In this document: positions 9,805 to 18,991 of the stretch, piece after piece
Layout: every line of letters starts with the position of its first letter
How positions within the stretch are numbered: position 1 is the stretch's first letter
Assembly (NCBI GenBank): GCA_005768725.1
Contig: VAFM01000002.1
Location: 276,486-340,485, forward strand
Direction of reading: 5' to 3'
Source: Blastochloris viridis
GTDB lineage: Bacteria; Pseudomonadota; Alphaproteobacteria; UBA2136; UBA6156
DNA: 64,000 nt
Made by a program: the position numbers and the translations under genes
The notes under the pieces: model-generated
Told to the model about the DNA's origin: nothing
The model's database searches: none
What the model saw: the letters and a program-made list of their open reading frames with translations, nothing else

Positions 9805-10437
9805 TCACTTACGCAACACAACACCGAACATCGCATCACCATACGTCGTGACACTCAGGTCCGGCATAGCCCGCTCAACCGTACCACCTAAAGCTTGCCA
9901 TGCCGCCGCAACTTCTTCGGCCCGATAAAAGACCATCACTCGTGGCAGATCCTTCCCCAGATTCCGCGAAACCTCCTCCCCCTCACCTTGTTTGGAGATC
10001 AGCACCGCAATGCCACCGATCACTAACCCGGTATGTATCTTCTTCACAAATGTCCGTAATTCCATACGCGGAACATGCACCAGCACCGCACACGCCCACA
10101 CCACATCGAACCCGTCCCCAAACGGCAAAGCTTCATCACTCCGCAAGTCATACTCGCTAAAATACGGTCCCACCTCACGTACAGCCTGCGCCAGTAAGGG
10201 CGGGCTCACATCACACCCATACGCGTCTGCTCCACGTCGCCGGAATTCGGCCACATCGCGCCCAAACCCGCAGCCGATGTCGAGCACCCGCCGCCCTTGC
10301 AGGTCTAGCGTCTCCAGCAAAGCGTAACACGAAGCATTACGGTTCTCGCTGTTCCGCATCTCCTTGGCCACAAACCCTGCCGCGCCGCGCTCATCGCGGT
10401 AACTGGCTACGGTCTGGTCAAAGATATCCCCCGCCAA
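9805..10437 (-). CDS. Class I SAM-dependent methyltransferase
   Basis: Motif I VLDIGCGFGRD and downstream acidic motif; occupies the slot where ddl normally lies. Confidence 0.7.
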   Translation of the reverse strand: MAGDIFDQTVASYRDERGAAGFVAKEMRNSENRNASCYALLETLDLQGRRVLDIGCGFGRDVAEFRRRGADAYGCDVSPPLLAQAVREVGPYFSEYDLRSDEALPFGDGFDVVWACAVLVHVPRMELRTFVKKIHTGLVIGGIAVLISKQGEGEEVSRNLGKDLPRVMVFYRAEEVAAAWQALGGTVERAMPDLSVTTYGDAMFGVVLRK

Positions 10438-10439
10438 CG

Positions 10440-11378
10440 CTATTCCACCCCGGTAAAGCGTACTTCCCGCTCCATCACAATCCCTAACCGCTCCAGCACC
10501 TGCGCTTCCACTTTCTGGCTCAATGCCTCAAAATCGGCCGCCGTTCCAGGCGTCCCTTCCTTGGCTCCGGCATTCACAAAAAAGTTAGCGTGCTGCTCAC
10601 TCACCTGCGCACCACCTACGCGCATACCACGGCATCCGGCTTCATCTACAATCCGCCAGGCGTTCACGCGCTCACCGTCGCGCACCACGTTCTTGAACCA
10701 ACTGCCCGAGCTCGGCATATGCAGCGGCTGCGTACTGCTGCGCGCGCGGTTGATCTCCTGCATCTGTTTGCGAATCTCTTCCTTATCGCCGGGCACCAGC
10801 TCCCATTCACCGGCCTTGTACAGCCATCCGGCAGGCAGTGCCGTGCCACGGTAACGCGGTGCCAGAAAATCCGGCGTCACTTCGCGTTCTGCGCCGTCGG
10901 CATCCAGCACCCACACACGCTTCAGCTTATCAAACGTCTCAAACCCGTAGGCCCCCGCATTCATGCGCAGCGCCCCACCGATAGCTCCGGGAATCCCCCC
11001 AAAGAACGCAATCCCTTCCAGCCCAGCCTCACGCGCGGCACGGGCGGCAGTCCCATTCGCAGCGCCCGCTTCGGCATATAATAAGGTACCGTCGACACGC
11101 ACGGCATCCAGCCCTTTGGCCAGATTCACCACCACACCGGCAATGCCACCATCACGGATCACCATATTGCTACCCTTGCCCATCGGCGTCAGCGCCACGG
11201 CATGGGCATTGCACCAGCGCACTAAAGCCGCCATCTGGTCCCAGTCGGTAACCTCAGCCATCACCTCGGCCGGGCCACCGACCTTGATCGTGGTATAATC
11301 CGCCAGCGGCACATTGCGCGTATAGCTAATACCTTCGGGCATATCCTCAAACCAAACCGGAGCAGGCCATTCCTTCAT
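10440..11378 (-). CDS. murB: UDP-N-acetylenolpyruvoylglucosamine reductase
   Basis: FAD-binding MurB-like sequence; start at internal MKEW Met. Confidence 0.88.
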   Translation of the reverse strand: MKEWPAPVWFEDMPEGISYTRNVPLADYTTIKVGGPAEVMAEVTDWDQMAALVRWCNAHAVALTPMGKGSNMVIRDGGIAGVVVNLAKGLDAVRVDGTLLYAEAGAANGTAARAAREAGLEGIAFFGGIPGAIGGALRMNAGAYGFETFDKLKRVWVLDADGAEREVTPDFLAPRYRGTALPAGWLYKAGEWELVPGDKEEIRKQMQEINRARSSTQPLHMPSSGSWFKNVVRDGERVNAWRIVDEAGCRGMRVGGAQVSEQHANFFVNAGAKEGTPGTAADFEALSQKVEAQVLERLGIVMEREVRFTGVE

Positions 11379-11389
11379 ATCGCACCGCC

Positions 11390-12841
11390 TTAATGATGGT
11401 GATGATGACCGTGATGACCATGGCCATGACCGCAATCATGCGCCGCCAGATGCTTGGCAAAATCGGTGATGGTCCCAGCACCCAGGCACACGATCACATC
11501 GCCCTTGCCCACATGCAGGTGGTGCAACACCTTCTGCAAACCGTGTTCATCAGCTACCACATGTACGTCTTCCGGCAGACCGGCTTCGTCCATTTTTTGG
11601 CCCAGAACTTCATGACTCACACCGGCGATCGGTTCTTCACCGGCACTATACACCGGCAGCAGCACGGCCACATCGGCCAGTTTGGCGCATCCGGCAAACT
11701 CGTCCATCAAGTCGCGCAAACGGGTGTAACGGTGCGGTTGAATCACCGCCACAATCTTGCCGTCATAAGCCTGCTTGGCCGCACCAAGGGTCGCCATAAT
11801 TTCAGTCGGGTGGTGGCCATAATCATCGATCACATCCGCGCCGTGCCATTCACCCACTTTCGTGAAGCGACGGCCTACACCTTCAAACCGCGCCAGCCCT
11901 TCTGCCGCCTTCACCACATCAGCCTTGGCAATGCTCGCCACTGCCAATGCCGCCAGGCTGTTCAGTACATAGTGTGCGCCCGGCAGCGCCACAACCACAT
12001 CTTCAATAATCCCACCACGCAGGCTCACATCAAACGCCATACCCATGCCGCCGTTGGGCAGGGTACCACCGGCGCGGGTCACGCTGTAGCTGTCGGTGTA
12101 CACATCGGCACCGTCTTCCATGCCGTAGGTAATCACATCCGTATCGGTCCGCGCTTCCACGATCATCGCATTGGTGTCATCACCGCAAATCACCGCCATC
12201 TCGGCACTGTTGGCAAAGTCCACAAAGGCCTGTACCAGCTTTTCCTCGGTACCGTAGGTGTCCATGTGCTCGGGCTCAATGTTGGTGATAACCGCCACGG
12301 TCGGCTTCAGTTTCAAAAAGCTCGCATCACTCTCATCGGCTTCCACCACCAGCCAGCCGCTGGTCTTCTTCGGCAGCAGCGCATTGGTGCCAAGCGCGTT
12401 CAGCACACCGCCATTGATAATCCCTGCATCCACATCCGCCGCCTTCAGTGCGGTGTACACCAGCGCAGTGGTGCTGGTTTTACCATGGGTACCGCTTACC
12501 GCTACGGTCTGGTAATTCTTCATAATTTCGGCCAGCACATCGGCACGGTGCACGGTCTGCAAACCCTGCTCTTTGGCCGCCACACGCTCCGGGTTATCAG
12601 CCGGGATCGCCGTGCTCAGCACCACGATCGCATCGCCCGGCACCTGCTCGGCCTTGTGCCCGCGGAACACCTTCACACCGGCTTTCTCCAGGCGCTCAAA
12701 ATCGCCTTTGCTGCCACCATCGCTACCAGAAACCGTGGCACCCTGCGTCGCCAGAACTTCGGCCAACCCGCTCATGCCAATACCGCCCACACCCACAAAG
12801 TGAATGCCTAAGCCTTTAACATCCTGTCCAAAAATTTTCAT
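11390..12841 (-). CDS. murC: UDP-N-acetylmuramate--L-alanine ligase with His-rich C-terminal tail (..HDCGHGHGHHGHHHHH)
   Basis: Mur ligase motifs (GTHGKTSTTAL); start at MKIFGQD with GGGAGAGAG RBS. Confidence 0.9.
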   Translation of the reverse strand: MKIFGQDVKGLGIHFVGVGGIGMSGLAEVLATQGATVSGSDGGSKGDFERLEKAGVKVFRGHKAEQVPGDAIVVLSTAIPADNPERVAAKEQGLQTVHRADVLAEIMKNYQTVAVSGTHGKTSTTALVYTALKAADVDAGIINGGVLNALGTNALLPKKTSGWLVVEADESDASFLKLKPTVAVITNIEPEHMDTYGTEEKLVQAFVDFANSAEMAVICGDDTNAMIVEARTDTDVITYGMEDGADVYTDSYSVTRAGGTLPNGGMGMAFDVSLRGGIIEDVVVALPGAHYVLNSLAALAVASIAKADVVKAAEGLARFEGVGRRFTKVGEWHGADVIDDYGHHPTEIMATLGAAKQAYDGKIVAVIQPHRYTRLRDLMDEFAGCAKLADVAVLLPVYSAGEEPIAGVSHEVLGQKMDEAGLPEDVHVVADEHGLQKVLHHLHVGKGDVIVCLGAGTITDFAKHLAAHDCGHGHGHHGHHHHH

Positions 12842-12873
12842 TCTACTCTCTCCCAAAAATAAACGTCTCAAAC

Positions 12874-13989
12874 CTAATTCTTAACGGCCTCGGCAACCAC
12901 CTGCGCCACCACACGGGTCGCATCGGGGCGGGCCAGCCCTAGCGCGGCTTTGGCCATGGCGTCAAGGCGTACCTTGTCCTGCATCAGCGCCCGCACGTGC
13001 ACCAGCAGGTTGGCCGGTGTAAAATACGGCTGCTCCACCACCACCGCAGCCCCTACCTTTTCAGCCACACTGGCGTTCAGCTTCTGGTGGCCATCCGCCA
13101 GTTCCAGCGGCACATAAATGGCAGGCACACCCATAGTGGCGCACTCCAGCACGGTACCCACCCCACTACGACCGATCACGATATCCGCCTCGGCATAGCG
13201 CTTCGGCATATCGGTAAAGAAGGTCTCTACCGTCACACCGCCCAGGCCCTGCTTGGCATAGGTGGCGGTTACACGTTCAAAGTCGTCGGCACGTACCTGC
13301 TGCACCACATGCAAACGGGCACGGTCGGCAGGCGGCAGCATTCCCACCATCTCCGGCACCACTTCGCTCAAAATGCGCGCGCCTTGGCTACCGCCCAGCA
13401 CCAGCAGGTTAAACACATCCGTGTCCTTGGCCTTCTTCGCACGCGCCGCCTCTAAAATCTCTTCACGCAGCGGGGTACCAGCCACCACAACTCGACCTTT
13501 CACACTGGGTAGATAAGCAAGGCTCTCCTCAAACGTCAGCACCACCACATCCGCAAAACGCGAAAGAAAACGGTTGGCCCGCCCCGGCAATACGTTCTGC
13601 TCATGAATGATGGTCGGCACGCCGCGCAGTTTGGCCGCCAGCATCAGCGCCACGGTGGCATACCCGCCGGTCCCGAACACCGCCACCGGCTTCTCGCGTA
13701 CCACAAGTTTCAGAGCCTTGAAGAACCCGCGCGCCAGCTTCCCGAACGCCCACAAAATCCCCAGCGGCCCGCGGTCATTAAATGCCGCGGCAGGCAAACG
13801 CACATACGGCAGACCGGTACGCTCCACCACATCCAGAAACTTGTTGCCGCCCAGAATAACTTTCACCGCAAATGCCGGACGTGTCCCCTCGGCCTCACAC
13901 AGCGCCTGCGCCACCGAAAGCGCGGGGAACAGGTGTCCCCCACTTGCACCGCTGGCTACAAGAATGGTTCGTTTTTCAGTCGTAGGCAT
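12874..13989 (-). CDS. murG: UDP-N-acetylglucosamine--N-acetylmuramyl-(pentapeptide) pyrophosphoryl-undecaprenol GlcNAc transferase
   Basis: GT28 family sequence (GGHLFPAL, GGSQGA); start at MPTTEK Met just after the ftsW stop. Confidence 0.9.
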   Translation of the reverse strand: MPTTEKRTILVASGASGGHLFPALSVAQALCEAEGTRPAFAVKVILGGNKFLDVVERTGLPYVRLPAAAFNDRGPLGILWAFGKLARGFFKALKLVVREKPVAVFGTGGYATVALMLAAKLRGVPTIIHEQNVLPGRANRFLSRFADVVVLTFEESLAYLPSVKGRVVVAGTPLREEILEAARAKKAKDTDVFNLLVLGGSQGARILSEVVPEMVGMLPPADRARLHVVQQVRADDFERVTATYAKQGLGGVTVETFFTDMPKRYAEADIVIGRSGVGTVLECATMGVPAIYVPLELADGHQKLNASVAEKVGAAVVVEQPYFTPANLLVHVRALMQDKVRLDAMAKAALGLARPDATRVVAQVVAEAVKN

Positions 13990-13993
13990 AAAA

Positions 13994-15106
13994 TTAAATC
14001 CGTTTTCCTTGTTTACGCAGCAATGCCAGCAAAAAGCCAAGCACCAGTGCCATCGCGAAGGTAGAGCTACCACCGTAACTGATGAACGGCAAGGTCATGC
14101 CGGTGGTCGGCACCAAGTGCAGCGCCACGCCAATATTCACACAGACGTGGATTGAGATCAGCGTCAGCAAGCCACCCACGCCCAGCAGCACAAAGCGGTC
14201 TTCCTGCGCCAGCACCCGAGAGAACCCGCGCAACACGAGGGTCAAAAACAGCCCCATCAGCAGTAGCCCGACCACGATACCGAACTCCTCGGCCACCACG
14301 GCAAAGATAAAGTCAGTATGCGCGTCCGGTAGTTGGTGCTTCACCACCCCTTCCCCGGCGCCACGGCCCCACAGGTGCCCCATCATAATAGCCTCATTGG
14401 CCTGGTCTACCTGATAGGTATCCGAATGCTCGGGGTTAATAAAACGCTCCAGACGGTCACGCACGTGCGGCAGCATGGTATAGGCCCCCACCACCACACA
14501 CAAACCCCCGGCCACCACAGGCGCCAGCCACAGCAGCGGCAATCCGGCCATGAAGACCTGCAGGAACCACACCAACCCCATCGCCAAGGCCATCCCGAAG
14601 TTCGGCTGCATCAGCACCGGCAGGCCTACCGCGCCCATCATCACGATACTCGCAAAATAGCCCTGCAACTGCTTGCGCTTGTCATGGCTCGCCAGCAGTG
14701 CCGCGGTCACTAAAATCAACGCCGGTTTCATGAACTCGGTCGGCTGAATACTCTGCCCGGCAATATCGATCCAGCGCCGCGCCCCCTTCACCTCGGTCCC
14801 GATCACAAACGTCAGCAAAATCCCCACAAACGCCCCAATGAACAGTAAAAAGCCCGCGCGCTTTACCCCTTCCGGCTTCAGCGTGGTCATGCCCAGCATC
14901 ACACCGAGAGCTAAGAGCAGGAACAGATAATGACGTACCGCAAAGTGGTACGGCCCCACATTATAGCTCTTGGCCACCGCCACACTCGCAGTGGTCACCG
15001 CCACCGCGCCGCATAGCATGATGACCACGATAACGGCCACCGCCACGCGGTCCATTTCCCACCACCAGCGTACCAGCGGGTGTCGGCTCTGACGATAAAT
15101 GCTCAT
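13994..15106 (-). CDS. ftsW: Lipid II flippase / peptidoglycan polymerase FtsW
   Basis: SEDS family polytopic membrane protein, 370 aa, position between murD and murG. Confidence 0.9.
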   Translation of the reverse strand: MSIYRQSRHPLVRWWWEMDRVAVAVIVVIMLCGAVAVTTASVAVAKSYNVGPYHFAVRHYLFLLLALGVMLGMTTLKPEGVKRAGFLLFIGAFVGILLTFVIGTEVKGARRWIDIAGQSIQPTEFMKPALILVTAALLASHDKRKQLQGYFASIVMMGAVGLPVLMQPNFGMALAMGLVWFLQVFMAGLPLLWLAPVVAGGLCVVVGAYTMLPHVRDRLERFINPEHSDTYQVDQANEAIMMGHLWGRGAGEGVVKHQLPDAHTDFIFAVVAEEFGIVVGLLLMGLFLTLVLRGFSRVLAQEDRFVLLGVGGLLTLISIHVCVNIGVALHLVPTTGMTLPFISYGGSSTFAMALVLGFLLALLRKQGKRI

Positions 15107-16482
15107 CGGCCCGTAACCCTCCGTTCAACCTGTTCAACGGTAACCAATCCCTGCACTAAATTGACGAACGTATCGCCACGGTGCTCAAAGTTCCGGTATT
15201 GGTCCATGCTGGCAGCAGAGGGGCTCAACAGCACAACCGCATCTTCCAGCCCTTCACTGCGCGCCGCCGCAAACGCCTCGCGCACGGCCACATCCATCGT
15301 ATGGCATTTAAAGCTCGGCACATTATGCTGGACCAACGTATCGGCAAAATCCTCGGTCGCCTGCCCGATCGTAAACGCCGCGCGCACCGCACCCAGATGG
15401 TTGATGCACGCACCAAGTCCATCGGTCTTCGGCAAGCCACCGCAGATCCAGTAAATATTCGCAAAACTCTGCAACGCATATACGGTGCTGTCACCATTGG
15501 TGGCCTTGCTGTCATTCACAAACAGAACGTCACCGACCTTCCCGACCTTTTCCAGACGGTGCGGCAAGCCCTTAAAGCTCTTGCAGGCATCCCTGAATTC
15601 CGCCGGCGTACACCACCGCGGCACCAGCAGCGCGTAGGCACAGGCCACGTTCTGGGCATTGTGCGGGCCGGGCAGATGCTCCAGATCCTCCAACGGCATC
15701 AGCGTGTCCAGCCCATGGGTCAACTTGCCTTCGGTCACCATGTAGTCGCCCACTCCAGTCACGCTCACTGTAGTCACGCCACGCGTTTCGGCCTGGCCCC
15801 GCAGCAACGGCTGGTCAATCCCCATCACCTGTACGGCTCCGGCCTTGGCCAAGTCAAATAGACGCAGTTTCGCGGCCAGATAAGCCTCCATCGTGCCGTG
15901 CCGCGCTAGGTGGTCCGGCGTCAGGTTCAGCAGCAGCGCACCATCCACCTGCAGGTCCGTCAGGGTTTCCAGTTGGTAGCTCGAAAGCTCCAGCACATAG
16001 ACACCGTTTTTCGGCAATTCCGGCAAGGCCAGCGCGGGCGTACCAATGTTCCCGCCTACCGCAACCTTGTATCCGCACACGCGCAAAATATGCCCGATAA
16101 GCGCGGTGGTCGTACTCTTGCCATTGGTGCCGGTGATGCCGATGAACGCCGCACCATTGCTGTTATCGCGACGGTACAGCAGATCCACATCGGTCATCAC
16201 CGGCACCTTGTGCGCCAGCGCGGCCCGCACCAGCGGCGTTTCCAGAGAGATCCCCGGGCTCTTTACCAGCGCACCGATGCGCGTCCAGTCCACTGCATCC
16301 GGCGCACGGACACTGAACAGGTTAGCGTCAGGGCTGGAGTTGAAATCGTCATTGTCATCCCACACAAACACTTCCACACCGGCATCCTGCAAGGCCAGCG
16401 CGGTGGCGCGGCCACTGCTGCCAAGCCCGTACACCATCACTGCCTTGTGGCCAAATCCGTAAACGTCACGCCGCATGGTCAT
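15103..16482 (-). CDS. murD: UDP-N-acetylmuramoylalanine--D-glutamate ligase
   Basis: Mur ligase (GTNGKSTTTAL); overlaps ftsW start by 4 nt. Confidence 0.9.
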   Translation of the reverse strand: MTMRRDVYGFGHKAVMVYGLGSSGRATALALQDAGVEVFVWDDNDDFNSSPDANLFSVRAPDAVDWTRIGALVKSPGISLETPLVRAALAHKVPVMTDVDLLYRRDNSNGAAFIGITGTNGKSTTTALIGHILRVCGYKVAVGGNIGTPALALPELPKNGVYVLELSSYQLETLTDLQVDGALLLNLTPDHLARHGTMEAYLAAKLRLFDLAKAGAVQVMGIDQPLLRGQAETRGVTTVSVTGVGDYMVTEGKLTHGLDTLMPLEDLEHLPGPHNAQNVACAYALLVPRWCTPAEFRDACKSFKGLPHRLEKVGKVGDVLFVNDSKATNGDSTVYALQSFANIYWICGGLPKTDGLGACINHLGAVRAAFTIGQATEDFADTLVQHNVPSFKCHTMDVAVREAFAAARSEGLEDAVVLLSPSAASMDQYRNFEHRGDTFVNLVQGLVTVEQVERRVTGR

Positions 16483-16489
16483 TCTCCTC

Positions 16490-17572
16490 CTAGCGCAGCT
16501 TCAGGGTGGCTAAACCGATCAGCGCCAGAATCACGCTGCAGATCCAGAAGCGGATGACGATCGTGCTTTCCGGCCAGCCCAACTGCTCAAAGTGGTGGTG
16601 CAGCGGCGCCATACGGAAGATACGCTTGCGGGTCAGCTTATACCCGGCCACCTGAATCATCACGCTCAACGTCTCAACCACAAACAGACCACCGATGATC
16701 AGCAGCGCAAATTCTTGCTTGATCATCACCGCCACACCACCCAGAAACGCCCCAACCGGCAGGCTGCCGCTGTCGCCTAAAAAGATGCGTGCCGGCGGCG
16801 CGTTGTACCACAAAAAGCCCAGTGTCGCGCCGGCCAGCGCGGCGCACATAATGGAGATCTCACCGCTGCCGGCAATATGCGGCAGGTGCAAATAGGCGGT
16901 ATAGTCCACACGGCCCATCACGTAGGCTAAAATCGCCATGGTCGTCGCCACCAGCACCACCGGAATACTCACCAGCCCGTCCAGACCATCGGTCAGGTTC
17001 ACGGCATTGGCGGTGCCGACCATTACCAGCACCCCGAACATCACAAAACCCCAGATGCCGATGCCGACCACCAACTCCTTGATGAACGGGAAATAGATCT
17101 CGGTCGAAACGGCGGTACCGTTCACGTACACATAGCCCAGCAAAAACACGGTACTGATGAATGTCCCCAGCGCCAGCCGCAGCTTGCCCGGCAAACCCTT
17201 CTTCCACCGGCGGGTCAGGTTCAGATAGTCATCCATAAACCCGATGGCACCATACCCGACCAGCAGGAACAGCAGCAGCCATACATAACCATTGGCCAGA
17301 TTCGCCCACAGCAGGGTCGCCAGCGTCATGGCCCCCACAACGCCAATACCGCCCATGCTGGGGGTACCGGCCTTGCCCTGATGAGGCAGAATCGCCTTCA
17401 CGGTATCGCCACCCTTCTGCCACAGGCGGAAGGCGGTGATAAGCCGGGTACCGAACACCAGCCACAGCAAAAATGCCGTAAACATGGCCGCACCGGCGCG
17501 TACAGTTAAGTACTGGAACACATTGAACCAGTTCACATAATCCACAAAGGGAAGCAACAAGGCAGGAATCAT
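16490..17572 (-). CDS. mraY: Phospho-N-acetylmuramoyl-pentapeptide transferase
   Basis: MraY-like 360-aa polytopic membrane protein. Confidence 0.92.
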   Translation of the reverse strand: MIPALLLPFVDYVNWFNVFQYLTVRAGAAMFTAFLLWLVFGTRLITAFRLWQKGGDTVKAILPHQGKAGTPSMGGIGVVGAMTLATLLWANLANGYVWLLLFLLVGYGAIGFMDDYLNLTRRWKKGLPGKLRLALGTFISTVFLLGYVYVNGTAVSTEIYFPFIKELVVGIGIWGFVMFGVLVMVGTANAVNLTDGLDGLVSIPVVLVATTMAILAYVMGRVDYTAYLHLPHIAGSGEISIMCAALAGATLGFLWYNAPPARIFLGDSGSLPVGAFLGGVAVMIKQEFALLIIGGLFVVETLSVMIQVAGYKLTRKRIFRMAPLHHHFEQLGWPESTIVIRFWICSVILALIGLATLKLR

Positions 17573-17723
17573 GCCGCAGTATCCCCCTTTTTAACCCGAA
17601 ACACCAGAGCCTGAGCCACGCCACCGCTGCAAAATCCGGCAGCACCTTCGCCCTTGCAAAAGCCCCTGCCCCGCCCCACACTCGTAGTCGAATAAAACGG
17701 CATCAACAAGAAAGGAGTATGCC

Positions 17724-18065
17724 ATGAAACACATCGTCCCGGCCTTGGCCGCTCTCGCTTTTCTGCTGACGCCGCTCGCGGCCTCCGCCGATACCCTCTC
17801 CGCCTGCAAAGCCAACTACCCCAAGGCCAAATCAATCACCCCCGTCCTTTCGGTCACCGAAGTCGGGAACGATTATTTTGTGACCGCCAACGGCAAACGC
17901 TTCAAGGCCCGCTTCGAGGAAGACAACTACGCCAGTTTCCTCACCGCCATCGGCGGCGGCAAAGTAACCCTCTACGCCGACACCCAAGGCAATCTCTACG
18001 GCCCGAACATCGCCGGAAACGATTCCCTGCTGACGGCCGAAGAACGCGCCTGCATCCGCTTCTGA
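17724..18065 (+). CDS. Small secreted protein (113 aa), hypothetical
   Basis: Signal peptide ..LTPLAASA; AAGAAAGGAG RBS; strong terminator downstream. Confidence 0.55.
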   Translation: MKHIVPALAALAFLLTPLAASADTLSACKANYPKAKSITPVLSVTEVGNDYFVTANGKRFKARFEEDNYASFLTAIGGGKVTLYADTQGNLYGPNIAGNDSLLTAEERACIRF

Positions 18066-18080
18066 CCACCCACATCTCCA

Positions 18081-18112
18081 AGCCTCCCGCCCCGTGCGGG
18101 AGGCTTTTTTTG
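18081..18112 (+). terminator. Rho-independent terminator
   Basis: agcctcccgc-cccgt-gcgggaggct then T7. Confidence 0.7.
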
Positions 18113-18266
18113 TGCCCTAACCCTCTGCCGTTCCGGTTAACCCATTGTGGGAACACGGCAGGCATGCTAGCGTTTCCCTAACAAATATAAAAAGACGCAT
18201 CTTTCTCTTACGTTGTAATGCGGCACCCACCTTATCGACTCTCAGCGACTACAGAAAGGTTAGGCC

Positions 18267-18914
18267 ATGCTGAAATCTATGCGCATATTCGCCTGCTCGT
18301 GTGCTGTTCTGGTAGGGCTGGCGCCGCTCGCGGCCTCCGCCGGGCAGGTTCTGGTAACACCGGATAACTTCCCCAAGGAATGCAGCGACGACATCTTCGA
18401 CAATACCGCCTACAGTGGCCCGGTCTCGGTCTACACCGTCCGCAACCTGCGGCAGGACAAGAACGACCCGTACCAGATCCAGTTCCAGATCAGCGACAGC
18501 AAGACCATCGTCTTCAAGACCGCCTTCCTGCGGGATCTTGACGACGAAACCATCCAGCAGGTCGACGGCTACCTCAAGAAGAAGAAAGGCCTGTTCGTGG
18601 CCTTCATCCAGCCGGGCACCGCGCATCTGGGCCCTGAAGGCGCACTTCCGGTAAGCAGTCCCGAGTCCAGGCTCGACTTCTTCCTGATAGCCTCGATCAG
18701 CATGGGCAACGGCAACCCGCCGATGTGCAGCTACCTGAGCCAGCCCGCCGGCTTGCCGCAGGAAGCTTACCAACACATGCCGGAGCGCATCCAACTGCTG
18801 ATGAACTGGGTGAAGGACGCCATGACGAAAGACATGGCCAACGCCTTCGCCGCCTTCACTACGAAGCAGCAGAACACCCCAGACCTCGTCGCCGACGACG
18901 ACGTCTTCAAGTAA
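18267..18914 (+). CDS. Secreted protein (215 aa), hypothetical
   Basis: Signal peptide ..LAPLAASA (same signal-peptide end as the 17724 gene); AGAAAGG RBS. Confidence 0.55.
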   Translation: MLKSMRIFACSCAVLVGLAPLAASAGQVLVTPDNFPKECSDDIFDNTAYSGPVSVYTVRNLRQDKNDPYQIQFQISDSKTIVFKTAFLRDLDDETIQQVDGYLKKKKGLFVAFIQPGTAHLGPEGALPVSSPESRLDFFLIASISMGNGNPPMCSYLSQPAGLPQEAYQHMPERIQLLMNWVKDAMTKDMANAFAAFTTKQQNTPDLVADDDVFK

Positions 18915-18952
18915 GTCTCCGCCAGCACGTTCCTGCTGGCCCCAACAAAAAA

Positions 18953-18978
18953 AGTCCCCGCCAAACGGGGACTTTTTC
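18953..18978 (+). terminator. Rho-independent terminator
   Basis: agtccccg-ccaaa-cggggact then ttttcc. Confidence 0.6.
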
Positions 18979-18991
18979 CATAGATAAAGGC

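Noticed and set aside
11393-12811. Long antisense ORFs mirroring real genes (for example 11393-12811 opposite murC, 6940-8751 opposite ftsA, 4844-6403 opposite ftsZ, 39292-41544 opposite fumC, 41566-43278 opposite flgE, 52233-54263 opposite cheA, 58456-59571 opposite fliM)
   Set aside because: High-GC genomes generate long stop-free reverse frames. The partner strand in each case encodes a protein with clear conserved motifs, and the antisense translations are low-complexity Arg/His/Gly-rich strings with no RBS support
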